Positions 30,182 through 39,637 of a stretch of 64,000 bases of DNA are shown here, piece by piece (position 1 is the stretch's first letter; every line of letters starts with the position of its first letter). This stretch comes from a virus. The stretch covers positions 1 through 64,000 of IMG/VR virus record IMGVR_UViG_3300047160_019164; one strand, written 5' to 3'. Below the pieces are notes generated by a model that ran no database searches, had not been told where the DNA came from, and worked only from the letters and a program-made list of their open reading frames with translations. The translations under genes and the position numbers were made by a program.

Positions 30182-33100
30182 ATGAACCAAGAGAACTACG
30201 TCAACGCATACGTCGATGGTGGTGAGATCGTTCTTCTGAAACGTGTCGACGGGAAGCTCGTCGAGAAGCGGACGCCGGCCGAGTACGTCACGTACTACGA
30301 ACAGAGCAAAGTCCCCTCCGAGCTGGTGCGCGCGTTGAAGACGTCGGAGAACGTGCTCTCCATGGTGCAGGAGAAGCAGTGGCTTCGCGTTCACTGGAAG
30401 CGCCCCTATCGCAAGAGCAACAAGAGTGATTGGGAATTCGACCCGCGGCGCTTCATGGCACAGGACGAGAGTAGTCCGTTCAACGAGCGCGGCATCGTCT
30501 CCTACGAAGCGGACGTTCATCCGGTGTTGCGGCACTTCGTCGATTGCGGGGTGGGCATCGCGAAGCCGAAACGCTGCTACATCGACTTGGAAACAGACAG
30601 CCGTGTCTCGTTCGCGCGCAAAGAGGAGATGCGCATCCTCTGCTACACGATCGTCGACGAGGACGGTGGAGTCGTCGACTCTGCTTGTCTTCAGGAAGAC
30701 ACCGATGCGTCGGAAGCCAAGTTGCTCACGCGAATGTGGGACTTGCTGCACAAGTACGATCAGGTGTGCGCCTGGAATGGTGATCGCTTCGACTTTCCGG
30801 TGATGTTCGCGCGTAGCCAAGGGCGCGAGGTCAACGTCGACGTGAATCGATGGCTGTGGCTCGACCACTTGATGGTCTTCAAGCGCATGAACGTGACGGC
30901 GTCGGAGAGCGGCGACGAGAAAACGTCGATGCGCTTGCAAGACGTGGCCACCGCTGTCCTCAAGGAAGGGAAGGACAAGTTCGATGGCTCGAAGACGTGG
31001 CAAGCGTGGGCGCGCGGCGATGGCTCGTGCCGCAAGGAAGCGTGTCCAGGCTGCGGCGAGAAGCACGAGCACAGCGCGCGCGAGTGCATGCGCCGCTACT
31101 GCCTGACGCCGGATCACAAGGTACTCGGTGAGGATCTTCGCTGGCGACCTTTGGGTGAATGCAAAGCGGGGGACGTAATCCTCGGGTTCGAGGAGAACGG
31201 TCCGAAGGGTTACGGTCGCCAGTATCGACGTGCCATCGTGAAGTCCGTCGAGCGAGCCATCGCGCCACTGTACGAGGTCGAGCTTGCTTCGGGGAAGAAG
31301 TTCCGGGTCACTCCAGATCACAAGTGGCTCGTCGCACGAGTGCGCAAGGACACTGGGTGCGTGAACCAGATGGAGTGGAGGGAGACCGTGGATCTTCTTT
31401 TCGATGGGCGCTCCATCCGCAGTGGTGGGAAAAGGATCACGAATGCCGGTTCGAGCGCGGCGATCAAGCTGTTCGACGTGTGGGAGGAGGATGAGACGAA
31501 AGAGGCCGGTTGGCTGGCCGGGATGTTGGACGGTGAAGGATCTCTTTCCGTGAAGAAGAACAAGGGCCAAAGGTCCGCTGGTGGGTTCACCATCCAAGTG
31601 GGACAGGTGCTCGGACCTACGGCGGATCGACTCCACGCCTTGATTCGAGAGAAGAGTGTCGTCGAACCGAAGGTCTGTTATGAGGCGCCGCGAGGGCCCA
31701 TCTCGCGCAAGTCCTTGAAGAAGATCATCGTGCGAGGCGCGATGCACGAGAAGTTGAAGTTCCTCGGCACGGTGCGACCCGAGCGGCTCATCCCGAAGGT
31801 CGACTTCGATCGCCTTGGCCGTGTCGAGGCCCGTAATCAGTTTGACCCTGTTGTGCGCGTGACGCCGATCCCCGATGGGGAGATCGTCATGATGGAGACG
31901 TCAACCAAGACCTTCGTCGCTGACGGATATCCGATGCACAACTGCGAGCAGGACACCAAGCTCCTCGCCAAGATCGAGAAGAAGACGGGTTACCTCGAGC
32001 TGTTCTTCTCACTCTGCCAAGCCTGCGGCATCTTCCCCGACAGTCCGTCGACGAACCCGACACACCAGGTCGACGGCTTCATGCTGCGACTCGGAAAGGA
32101 GCGCCACACGCACTTCCGCACGCGCAAGTTCGGCGAAGAGGTGGAGGCGTTCGAAGGTGCCTTCGTGATGATCCCCGAGTACAAGGGCATCGTGCGCAAC
32201 GTGCACGTCGGCGACTTCGCACGTCTGTACCCGTCCATCATCATCACGTGGAACATGAGCCCCGAGACGAAGGTCGGGGTGTACGACCATTCGACCAAAC
32301 TGGTCACGCGTGTCGATGGCAAGAAGGAGTCGATGCGCGAGGAGTGGGCGCGGGCACCGCGCACGAACGTGGTGTTCGACACCACGGCCCAAGGCATCCT
32401 TCCGACGGCGCTCTTGGAGATGATCCGCTTGCGCGCCTACTGGAACGATCGGAAGGCCAGCCTCACACCGGGGACCGAGGAGTGGCACGACGCCGACCGC
32501 CGCAGCACGGCTTACAAGATTGCGGCGAACAGTTTCTTTGGTGTCGCGGGCTCGCCCTTCAGCCGCTACTACGATAAGCAAGTCGGTGAGAGCATCACGC
32601 AAGCCGGTGTCTACTTGCTCAAGGCGACCATCGCCGAAGGGCTCACCTTCAAGCCACCAGTGCGTACGGGCTACGCCGACACCGACTCGATGTTTGCAGA
32701 CCGCGTGACGAAGGCCGAATTCGAAGCCTTCGTGAAGCACTGCAACGCTGAGTTGTACCCGCGCATCACCAAGGCGCACGGGTGTAAGGCGTACGACATC
32801 AAGTTCGCGTATGAGAAGCAATTCGACCGTCTCGTGATGACCGGCAAGAAGCGTTACGCCGCCCGCTACGCTCACTACAAGGGCAAGCTCGCAGCGAAGG
32901 ACAGCAAGCCCGAGATCAAGGGTCTCGAATTCAAGCGTGGCGACACCGCCAAGCTGGCGCGTCAGCTCCAAGAAGAAGCGATTCGCATGCTGCTCGGCAA
33001 TTGGGAAGAGCCCTTCACTGCGCCGACGGAAGTCGTCGACGACTACCACAAGCTCATCGCCAAGTTCCAGCGCGAGGTGCTCGAGGAGAAGTTGCCTACC

Positions 33101-34024
33101 GAACTGTGTGTCATCTCCAAGAACATCACGAAGAAGCTGCCGCCAAGTCAGCGTGAGGTCGAAGAGCGGTTGGAGAAGTTCAAGGCTACAGCCGAGAAAC
33201 GCAACAAGGAGTGGAACGACGAAGCTGTGCTCGACGCCATCGACACCATCATGGCGGAGTACGAGCGTGCGGATGGCTACAAGGCGCGCAAGAAGAACGA
33301 CGGCACACGCGTCGCTCATCCGCCGCACGTGCAGGTCGCTCTCATTCTGAAGGAACGCGGCGAAGAGGTGCATGCCGGTTCGAAGATCGGCTACGTGGTG
33401 GTGGACGGGTCGAAGTCGCCGATGAAGGTGATTCCCGCCAGTGACTTCACCGGCGTGGAGGCAGATCGCTGGTACCTGTGGGAGAACCTCGTGTGGCCAC
33501 CGACGGAGCGTCTACTCGTCGCGGCGTTCCCCGACCACGAGTGGAAGTCGTGGGGCAAGGTGCGGCCCAAGAAGCCGCGATTGCCACGCGGCAAGAAGAC
33601 GGCGCAGCTCGCATCCCCTGAAGTCAAGCCTCCCACCGCACGGCGCCGTGCGGTGAAGACTCCTGCGCTCGTTGCTGGCGGCTCCGTGGCGGTGCCGAAG
33701 CAAGCACCACCGCCAGCGGCTCCGGCCAAGGCCGAACCGGCTTCTTGGATGCCGCAGGTCGTCTCCCGCACCGCACGGCGCCGTGCGGTGGACCAGCCAC
33801 CCCTCGTAGCCCCAAAGGAAGAAGGGACGGGCATGGAGTGGCTCCTACCCGTGGGCCGTGGGACGAATCTCGACGAGGTGACGAAGGCGCTCAAGGCAGC
33901 ACCGGGGCGCACACCCGTGTTCTTGGAAGTGGCGCTCCAAGGTGCACGCCTCCGCGTCGACTTGCGGATCAAGGTGAAGCCGTCGAAGGAGCTTTGGTCG
34001 TTCGTCACTTCATTGCTCGTCTGA
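30182..34024 (+). CDS. Family B DNA polymerase with intein
   Basis: Exonuclease DLETD, WNGDRFDF, YC..D; polymerase DFARLYPSII, KIAANSFFG, YADTDS, KKRYA. Confidence 0.95.
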   Translation: MNQENYVNAYVDGGEIVLLKRVDGKLVEKRTPAEYVTYYEQSKVPSELVRALKTSENVLSMVQEKQWLRVHWKRPYRKSNKSDWEFDPRRFMAQDESSPFNERGIVSYEADVHPVLRHFVDCGVGIAKPKRCYIDLETDSRVSFARKEEMRILCYTIVDEDGGVVDSACLQEDTDASEAKLLTRMWDLLHKYDQVCAWNGDRFDFPVMFARSQGREVNVDVNRWLWLDHLMVFKRMNVTASESGDEKTSMRLQDVATAVLKEGKDKFDGSKTWQAWARGDGSCRKEACPGCGEKHEHSARECMRRYCLTPDHKVLGEDLRWRPLGECKAGDVILGFEENGPKGYGRQYRRAIVKSVERAIAPLYEVELASGKKFRVTPDHKWLVARVRKDTGCVNQMEWRETVDLLFDGRSIRSGGKRITNAGSSAAIKLFDVWEEDETKEAGWLAGMLDGEGSLSVKKNKGQRSAGGFTIQVGQVLGPTADRLHALIREKSVVEPKVCYEAPRGPISRKSLKKIIVRGAMHEKLKFLGTVRPERLIPKVDFDRLGRVEARNQFDPVVRVTPIPDGEIVMMETSTKTFVADGYPMHNCEQDTKLLAKIEKKTGYLELFFSLCQACGIFPDSPSTNPTHQVDGFMLRLGKERHTHFRTRKFGEEVEAFEGAFVMIPEYKGIVRNVHVGDFARLYPSIIITWNMSPETKVGVYDHSTKLVTRVDGKKESMREEWARAPRTNVVFDTTAQGILPTALLEMIRLRAYWNDRKASLTPGTEEWHDADRRSTAYKIAANSFFGVAGSPFSRYYDKQVGESITQAGVYLLKATIAEGLTFKPPVRTGYADTDSMFADRVTKAEFEAFVKHCNAELYPRITKAHGCKAYDIKFAYEKQFDRLVMTGKKRYAARYAHYKGKLAAKDSKPEIKGLEFKRGDTAKLARQLQEEAIRMLLGNWEEPFTAPTEVVDDYHKLIAKFQREVLEEKLPTELCVISKNITKKLPPSQREVEERLEKFKATAEKRNKEWNDEAVLDAIDTIMAEYERADGYKARKKNDGTRVAHPPHVQVALILKERGEEVHAGSKIGYVVVDGSKSPMKVIPASDFTGVEADRWYLWENLVWPPTERLLVAAFPDHEWKSWGKVRPKKPRLPRGKKTAQLASPEVKPPTARRRAVKTPALVAGGSVAVPKQAPPPAAPAKAEPASWMPQVVSRTARRRAVDQPPLVAPKEEGTGMEWLLPVGRGTNLDEVTKALKAAPGRTPVFLEVALQGARLRVDLRIKVKPSKELWSFVTSLLV
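31100..31942 (+). mobile_element. Intein (281 aa) with LAGLIDADG-type endonuclease motif
   Basis: Starts CLTPDHKV; block B VTPDHKW; WLAGMLDGEGS; ends FVADGYPMHN before +1 Cys. Confidence 0.93.
33633..33656. repeat. Palindrome copy 9 (23/24, inside polymerase C-terminal linker)
   Basis: PPTARRRAVK; 20-bp core intact. Confidence 0.95.
33768..33791. repeat. Palindrome copy 10 (23/24, inside polymerase C-terminal linker)
   Basis: SRTARRRAVD; 20-bp core intact. Confidence 0.95.
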
Positions 34025-34051
34025 GCCGCATAACAGCGGCGGAGGTGAAGC

Positions 34052-34675
34052 GTGAAGAAACGCACCGATGTGAGCGGCAAGAAGCTCAGCAAGATCGAGG
34101 AAGTGAGTAAGGAGCTGAAGGAGGAGTTGAAGCGCGGCGACGAGCACATCGACACGATGGGTGGGTTCCTGACGCATAAGCGATTCGACTCCCATCCCAA
34201 GCTCTCCGACGACCTCGAGCGCATCATCGCCAAGACGTTCAAGATCGACGTCGAGGCCACGCACAAGGTTCTCCTCGAGAACCTTGTTATCGCCGGTACC
34301 GACCTCGGTGACCGCGGCACCATCACGGTCCACCTGAACCGTGCCGAGGACAATGCTCGACTTGCCCATCAGCTCTACTGTGTCGCGCGCGCCGACAAGG
34401 AAGAGTGGGACGCCCGTCATGAAGTGGTGCGCGGCGCCATGTGGACGCAAGCCACCGTCGCGCTCCAGCGCGAGAAGGACGCCGGCGAGCGGCGGAAGCA
34501 GATCACCGACGCCGACGTGAAGACGAAGTGCGCCGAGCTGTTCCCCGACGAGTGGCAGTACACCGAGGCACGCGGCATGCGCGTCAAGCTGATGGTCGAG
34601 CACTTCAAGGAGCTGGTCGATTGTTGGCGCAGCCGATGCGCGACGCTCCGGACGCTTCTGGAGACGCGTCGATGA
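34052..34675 (+). CDS. UvsY-like recombination mediator (tentative)
   Basis: Helical protein whose C-terminus (ITDADVK...LVDCWRSRCATLR) recalls T4 UvsY; near SSB and RecA. Confidence 0.45.
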   Translation: MKKRTDVSGKKLSKIEEVSKELKEELKRGDEHIDTMGGFLTHKRFDSHPKLSDDLERIIAKTFKIDVEATHKVLLENLVIAGTDLGDRGTITVHLNRAEDNARLAHQLYCVARADKEEWDARHEVVRGAMWTQATVALQREKDAGERRKQITDADVKTKCAELFPDEWQYTEARGMRVKLMVEHFKELVDCWRSRCATLRTLLETRR

Positions 34676-35325
34676 AGCGCCTTCATTTCGCGGTGAGAAG
34701 GGGCGTCGACGGTCGCATCGCCGAACCGGCGCGCGTGGTGGTGGCGGATCCTCCATGGAGCTTCAACGACAAGCTCCCCGGTGCATCGCGTGGCGCGGAG
34801 AAGAACTACAAGGTGCTCGATCTCGAAGGCATCAAGAACTTCAAGCTCCCACTCATCGACGATGATGCTGCACTCTTCATGTGGCGTGTGTCCTCGCAGG
34901 TTGAGGAAGCGTACGAAGTGGTGCGTGCGTGGGGCTTCGTGCCGAAGACGGAGATTGTCTGGTGTAAGCTCACGCGGAAGGGTGGAGACGCACCTTCGGC
35001 GAAGTTCGCGCTCCAGGCAGCGAACACCGCAGGCGTGCAACCGCAAGACACGAAGCTCCACTTCGGGATGGGGCGCTATGTGCGTGCCTCACACGAGTCG
35101 TGCATCGTGGCGGTGCGTGGGCGTATGGTCGATAAGGTGTTGGACCGTGCCGTGCGCAGCGTGTTCTACGCACCGACTGGTGAGCACAGCGAGAAGCCCG
35201 CGGTGTTCTTCCAACTCGTCGAGCGCCTCTTCGAAGGCCCGTATGTGGAGATGTTCTCGCGTCATCACCGAACGGGTTGGACCTGTTACGGGAACGAAGT
35301 GGGCAAGCTCGGTAAACGCGTCTAG
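34672..35325 (+). CDS. MT-A70 family N6-adenine methyltransferase
   Basis: ADPPW, LFMW, WGF, GMGRY.R..HE, HSEKP, YVEMFSR...GW..YGNE. Confidence 0.92.
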   Translation: MKRLHFAVRRGVDGRIAEPARVVVADPPWSFNDKLPGASRGAEKNYKVLDLEGIKNFKLPLIDDDAALFMWRVSSQVEEAYEVVRAWGFVPKTEIVWCKLTRKGGDAPSAKFALQAANTAGVQPQDTKLHFGMGRYVRASHESCIVAVRGRMVDKVLDRAVRSVFYAPTGEHSEKPAVFFQLVERLFEGPYVEMFSRHHRTGWTCYGNEVGKLGKRV

Positions 35326-35397
35326 GCTGCATAACCTCCCTTGCTCGGAGGGCAACCGAGTACCGCCAAACCAAACAACCGTTGAGGTTTTCAATTC

Positions 35398-36789
35398 ATG
35401 GCGAACAGCATCGACGACTTCTTGAACCATCGGACCAACAGCGGCGATCGCGCGTCCTTCTTCAAGTGGAAGGACAAGGGCGAAGCCGACGTGTGGTTGC
35501 ACACCAAGTGCATGCCGAAGCCCGTGTGGCGCCATCAGATTCCCAAGTTGGTGCCCATCGAGGACAAGGACACCAAAGAGACGCACATCATGCTGTGGAG
35601 CGAAAACGCGGTCTGCCACGAGGACGAAGAAATCCTCCGCGCGCAGTATCAGCGCGACGACGACGGCGCGCGGAAGAAGACTCCGACCAAGTGCGGGCTC
35701 TGTCGCTATGTCGAGTGGGTCTTCCAGCAAGTGCAGCAAGAGAAGCTCTCGTGGACTGATCCGGTGCTCCACTTCGAGGGCTTCACCAAGGAGAAGATCA
35801 AGGGCAATTGGGAGTACGTCGAGACGGAGCTGACGCTCCACGCCGGCGGGCTCTACGGTGCCTTTCAGAAGGTTGAGGACGACGACGAGAAGCGCGAGCT
35901 GAAGGAGGCTGGCATCTTCCTCAAAGAAGCGTGGAAGGAGAAGATGCTCGCGAGTTGCAACTACATCTTCCGCATCGTCGACAACAAGTCGATCAAGGAC
36001 GGCGTCCAGATCGCGATCGAAGCCTCGCTCCTCGGTGACAAGGTGAAGACCGTCATCAGTGACCGCATGCAGTCGGTCGGTCGTGACAAGGGCAACCCGA
36101 TGGTGACGCCGTACGCCATCCGTTGGAAGTACAACGACAAGGAGAAGGAATTCGGCAAGAAGTACCACGCGCTCCCGCTCGAGGAAGAGCGCATCTCGCA
36201 GACGATCCGCGACCTCATCATCGAAGCCGAGCCGCCGGACATCACGCGCCTGACGGAGCCCTACAACCAAGCCACCGTCCGCGCGTTCTTCGAGAAGCAC
36301 AGCGTCCTCAAGAACGTCCCGTGGGACAAGCTCTTCCGCAAGGAGAGCAGCGCTGGCAAGTCCACGACGGCCGGTGCGGAGGCGGAGAAGGCCAGCTCCA
36401 AGAAGGCACCGGACTCCGAGCCCGACGATCCCGACGAGACACAGGTCCGCAAGAAGCAGGACGACGGTCCACCGAAGGGCTACACCACGTCGACCGGCAT
36501 CTTCATCCCCGAAGACGATGCGGTCGAATGCAACAAGTGCGACAAGCCGATGCACGAGTCGTGGAACAAGTGCGTCGAGTGCGGCAAGACGTACGAAGGT
36601 GGCGAGGACCCGCCCGAGCCGCCCAAGAAGGAAGAGAAGGAACCGAAGATCGTTCCGCGCCGTCGTATGAAGGAGAAGGCTGAGACGAAGCCTGCCCCCA
36701 AGTCCGACCCGCCGCCCAAGAAGAAGCCCAAAGACGAAGAGGAAGACGAGGGTGGTGGGGACGAAGACGACGATTCCATCCCTTTCTAA
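35398..36789 (+). CDS. Single-stranded DNA-binding protein (gp32-like)
   Basis: Acidic C-terminus ending DDDSIPF; C/H-rich core; adjacent to RecA. Confidence 0.7.
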   Translation: MANSIDDFLNHRTNSGDRASFFKWKDKGEADVWLHTKCMPKPVWRHQIPKLVPIEDKDTKETHIMLWSENAVCHEDEEILRAQYQRDDDGARKKTPTKCGLCRYVEWVFQQVQQEKLSWTDPVLHFEGFTKEKIKGNWEYVETELTLHAGGLYGAFQKVEDDDEKRELKEAGIFLKEAWKEKMLASCNYIFRIVDNKSIKDGVQIAIEASLLGDKVKTVISDRMQSVGRDKGNPMVTPYAIRWKYNDKEKEFGKKYHALPLEEERISQTIRDLIIEAEPPDITRLTEPYNQATVRAFFEKHSVLKNVPWDKLFRKESSAGKSTTAGAEAEKASSKKAPDSEPDDPDETQVRKKQDDGPPKGYTTSTGIFIPEDDAVECNKCDKPMHESWNKCVECGKTYEGGEDPPEPPKKEEKEPKIVPRRRMKEKAETKPAPKSDPPPKKKPKDEEEDEGGGDEDDDSIPF

Positions 36790-36819
36790 AAGGGATTGGT
36801 GAATCAGGCATGCAAGAGC

Positions 36820-36843
36820 CCACCGCACGGCGCCGTGCGGTGG
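36820..36843. repeat. 24-bp palindrome copy 11 (extended to 36 bp, 36814-36849)
   Basis: aagagc-core-gctctt; intergenic. Confidence 0.97.
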
Positions 36844-36897
36844 GCTCTTCGCTTGTGGGCGGCATAACGACTACATCACTTCACGAGGTGAATTCGA

Positions 36898-38103
36898 ATG
36901 GCAAGGCGACGAATCGAGCAGGTCGAAGAAGTCGAAGAGAACGTGACACCGATCCGCAATTCACGACTCAAGGCCATGGAGGCGCTCGCCAAGAGCCACT
37001 CTGCGTTCAAGCCGGCCGGTCAGGTGCTCACACCGGTGCGCGTGGTGCCAACGATCTTCGCGCAGTACGACCACGCGTTGCGTGTCGGTGGTCACCCCAT
37101 CGAGCGCGTGGTCACGGTGCATGGGCCGTCCAACCACGGGAAGACGGCGTTCGTGTTGGGGCTCGGGCGATCGTTTCTCCAACGTGACCACTTCTTCAAA
37201 CTGGTGGACGCCGAATTCACGACACCGACGGCGTGGCTCAAGACGATGCTCGGTCCGGAATTGTTTCAGGACGAGCGGACGCACCATCCGGGCTTCGTGG
37301 CCACGCGCCCGCAGAACTACGAAGAGACCGTCGACGACATCCGCAGCTTCGTGACCAAGATCGAGAAGGAGCGGGACGAAGGCAACCTCGACCCCGACAC
37401 GACGGCGATCATCGCCATCGACAGTATCCGCAAACTGGTGCCGAAGAAGTTCTTCGAGAAGGTGGTCGGTGAAGGCTCCAAGAAGGGCGCGAAGGCCAAC
37501 GGCATCGACGGCTTCGGCGGGCGCGGAGCGCAGATCAAAGCTGCGCTCAATGCCGCGTGGCTCGATGAGTTGGTGCCACTCCTCTACAAGACGCGTACGG
37601 GTATCGTGTTCATCGCGCGCGAGTCTGAGGACACCGAAGCCGACGCCAACGACAAGAAGTGGGGCAACGACTACAAGGTCACGGGTGGTAAGAGCATCAT
37701 CTTCGACAGCTCCATCGTCGCGCGCGTCGAGCGTGACCGATGGGTGTACGGGCCTGGTCCCGAAGGCGAGAAGAAGCCCGTCTACGGCGAAAAGCACCGC
37801 ATCACGGTCAAGAAGACCAAGATCGCCGGCAAGACCGACAAGGTGCAGGTCGGTTTTTTTCACACATCGAATGGTGTGTGGACGCCGGAAGGGTTCGACA
37901 CCGCGCGTGACCTGGTGGAGTTGGGCATCCGCTTCGGTGTGCTCAAGCAAGCCAAGTCGTGGATCCAATTCGGTAACCGCAAGTGGAACGGCGAGCATGC
38001 GGTTGTGAAGGCGCTCTACGAGAACCGCATCGTGCTGCGCGACCTCGAGTCCGAAGTGCGTGCTGCTTTCGATTCGACTTCGCCGTTGGAAGAGGACGAT
38101 TGA
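36898..38103 (+). CDS. recA: RecA-like recombinase
   Basis: GPSNHGKT, VDAEF, IDSI..LVPK, TGG....F.S, VKKTKI motifs. Confidence 0.88.
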   Translation: MARRRIEQVEEVEENVTPIRNSRLKAMEALAKSHSAFKPAGQVLTPVRVVPTIFAQYDHALRVGGHPIERVVTVHGPSNHGKTAFVLGLGRSFLQRDHFFKLVDAEFTTPTAWLKTMLGPELFQDERTHHPGFVATRPQNYEETVDDIRSFVTKIEKERDEGNLDPDTTAIIAIDSIRKLVPKKFFEKVVGEGSKKGAKANGIDGFGGRGAQIKAALNAAWLDELVPLLYKTRTGIVFIARESEDTEADANDKKWGNDYKVTGGKSIIFDSSIVARVERDRWVYGPGPEGEKKPVYGEKHRITVKKTKIAGKTDKVQVGFFHTSNGVWTPEGFDTARDLVELGIRFGVLKQAKSWIQFGNRKWNGEHAVVKALYENRIVLRDLESEVRAAFDSTSPLEEDD

Positions 38104-38202
38104 GCGTGCTGGACGCCACTGCGGTAGGTACGCGCACGCTGCATTACTTAACCGGTCGCTCGTGGCGAACCCCGCGCGGCCGAGCCGGAAGTGGGTCTAT
38201 CT

Positions 38203-38901
38203 ATGGCCGATAAGATCGTTGTCCGCAACATGCTCACGGCCGTCGCGGCGGTACGCCACGCGGTGTCGTCCGACGAGACGCGCCCGCACCTTTGCTGCGT
38301 CTCGCTCGACCTCTCCGACCGAAGGGAGCCGTGCGTCGTCGCGACCGACGGGCACAGGCTCGCGATCTACAGGCTCCGCGACGAGGACGTCGAGACGGCG
38401 ACGCCCGCACCGAGCGCCATCAACCTCGCGCCGAAGCTCGTCAAGGAGATGACGGCGAAGTTTGTCATCGCAGCGCTCAAGCGATATGGCTCGATGCTCG
38501 ACGAGGTCACGATCTCGGCGGACCGCGTCGCTGTCTCGCCGCACCCGGTATGGGGCGTCGTCGGGGGAGAGCCGTCGTGGCGGCTCCGGACGGTGGACGC
38601 AAAGTTCTCGTCGTGGCGGCATTTCGTGCCGACGCGCGCCCTCGAACCGGAGGACCGCGGCCCGCACACCATCAGCGTGAACCCGCGCTACCTACTGGAT
38701 GCCGAGGAGGCGCACAAGCTCGTCGCCCGCGTGCAGTGGGCCTCGCGATCGAAGCCGAGCAAGAAGGACAAGGAGCCGAGCAAGAACAAGCTCTCGGCCT
38801 TCGTCACGCGCGTCGAACTCGGACCGGACGAGTTCGCCGCGATGCTCGTCCGGTCCGACGTCGCGGCCCTCACGTGCGTGGTCATGCCGAGGAAGTTCTG
38901 A
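38203..38901 (+). CDS. Truncated DNA polymerase III beta-clamp-like protein
   Basis: AVSSDETRPHL, VATDGHRLA, VNPRYLLDA, VVMP motifs. Confidence 0.75.
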   Translation: MADKIVVRNMLTAVAAVRHAVSSDETRPHLCCVSLDLSDRREPCVVATDGHRLAIYRLRDEDVETATPAPSAINLAPKLVKEMTAKFVIAALKRYGSMLDEVTISADRVAVSPHPVWGVVGGEPSWRLRTVDAKFSSWRHFVPTRALEPEDRGPHTISVNPRYLLDAEEAHKLVARVQWASRSKPSKKDKEPSKNKLSAFVTRVELGPDEFAAMLVRSDVAALTCVVMPRKF

Positions 38902-39055
38902 TGGCCGCGTGCGCGATGGTTGATGCTTGTTCGTGCGGTCATCGCGTGGGCGGAGAGCAAACTCCCGCCGAAGGGAGAATCATGGTCAGCTGGCGCAAGA
39001 TGATCGTCGGGAAGGCGATTGACGCAGCGAGCAGCGGGAAGGAAGGCAAGCTCCG

Positions 39056-39637
39056 ATGATTCCTCACCACTACACCAAAGAAGGTCTTCGCGAAGAATTG
39101 CTCATCTTCATGCACCGTTGCGAGAAGGCGGCAGCAAGTGTCGCAACGGCATTAGCCGGTCAAGAATTCGACGGCATCGCGCTGAGCACTGTTCGCTCGT
39201 ATCGGCGCGTGTCGTTGAAGTTCCTTTGGATGAAGGACGAAGCACAGAAGCTCTATCGCTCGCTTTTCGACAAGCCATACGACGACTCCGAAGTAGAGGG
39301 GCGAGCGTACGAAGCCATTGCCATCGGTTCGGGATTCAACGAATGGTACGAGCAACATGAGTGTGAACGTGTTGCTCAAGAGGTCCGTGAACTGCGCGGT
39401 GTGTGGACTTTGAGCGATTCGGGAGGTTCACTCGCCGGCGCATTCATCGCGTTCCGCTCGTTGCCGCCCGAGGAGCGCGAGAAGCGAATGCGGTTTGGCG
39501 AACTGATGAAAGACGGATTGATCGGCTTCCAGGTCGATGCTTGTTCGTGTGGTCATGTGGGGCGTATCTACAATTTCGAGCAGTGGAGCGAATTCGAGAA
39601 GCACAAGAGCGATTGCACGAAGAGGGGTGAAGGATGA
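39056..39637 (+). CDS. Hypothetical protein
   Basis: 193-aa ORF tiling the operon. Confidence 0.5.
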   Translation: MIPHHYTKEGLREELLIFMHRCEKAAASVATALAGQEFDGIALSTVRSYRRVSLKFLWMKDEAQKLYRSLFDKPYDDSEVEGRAYEAIAIGSGFNEWYEQHECERVAQEVRELRGVWTLSDSGGSLAGAFIAFRSLPPEEREKRMRFGELMKDGLIGFQVDACSCGHVGRIYNFEQWSEFEKHKSDCTKRGEG

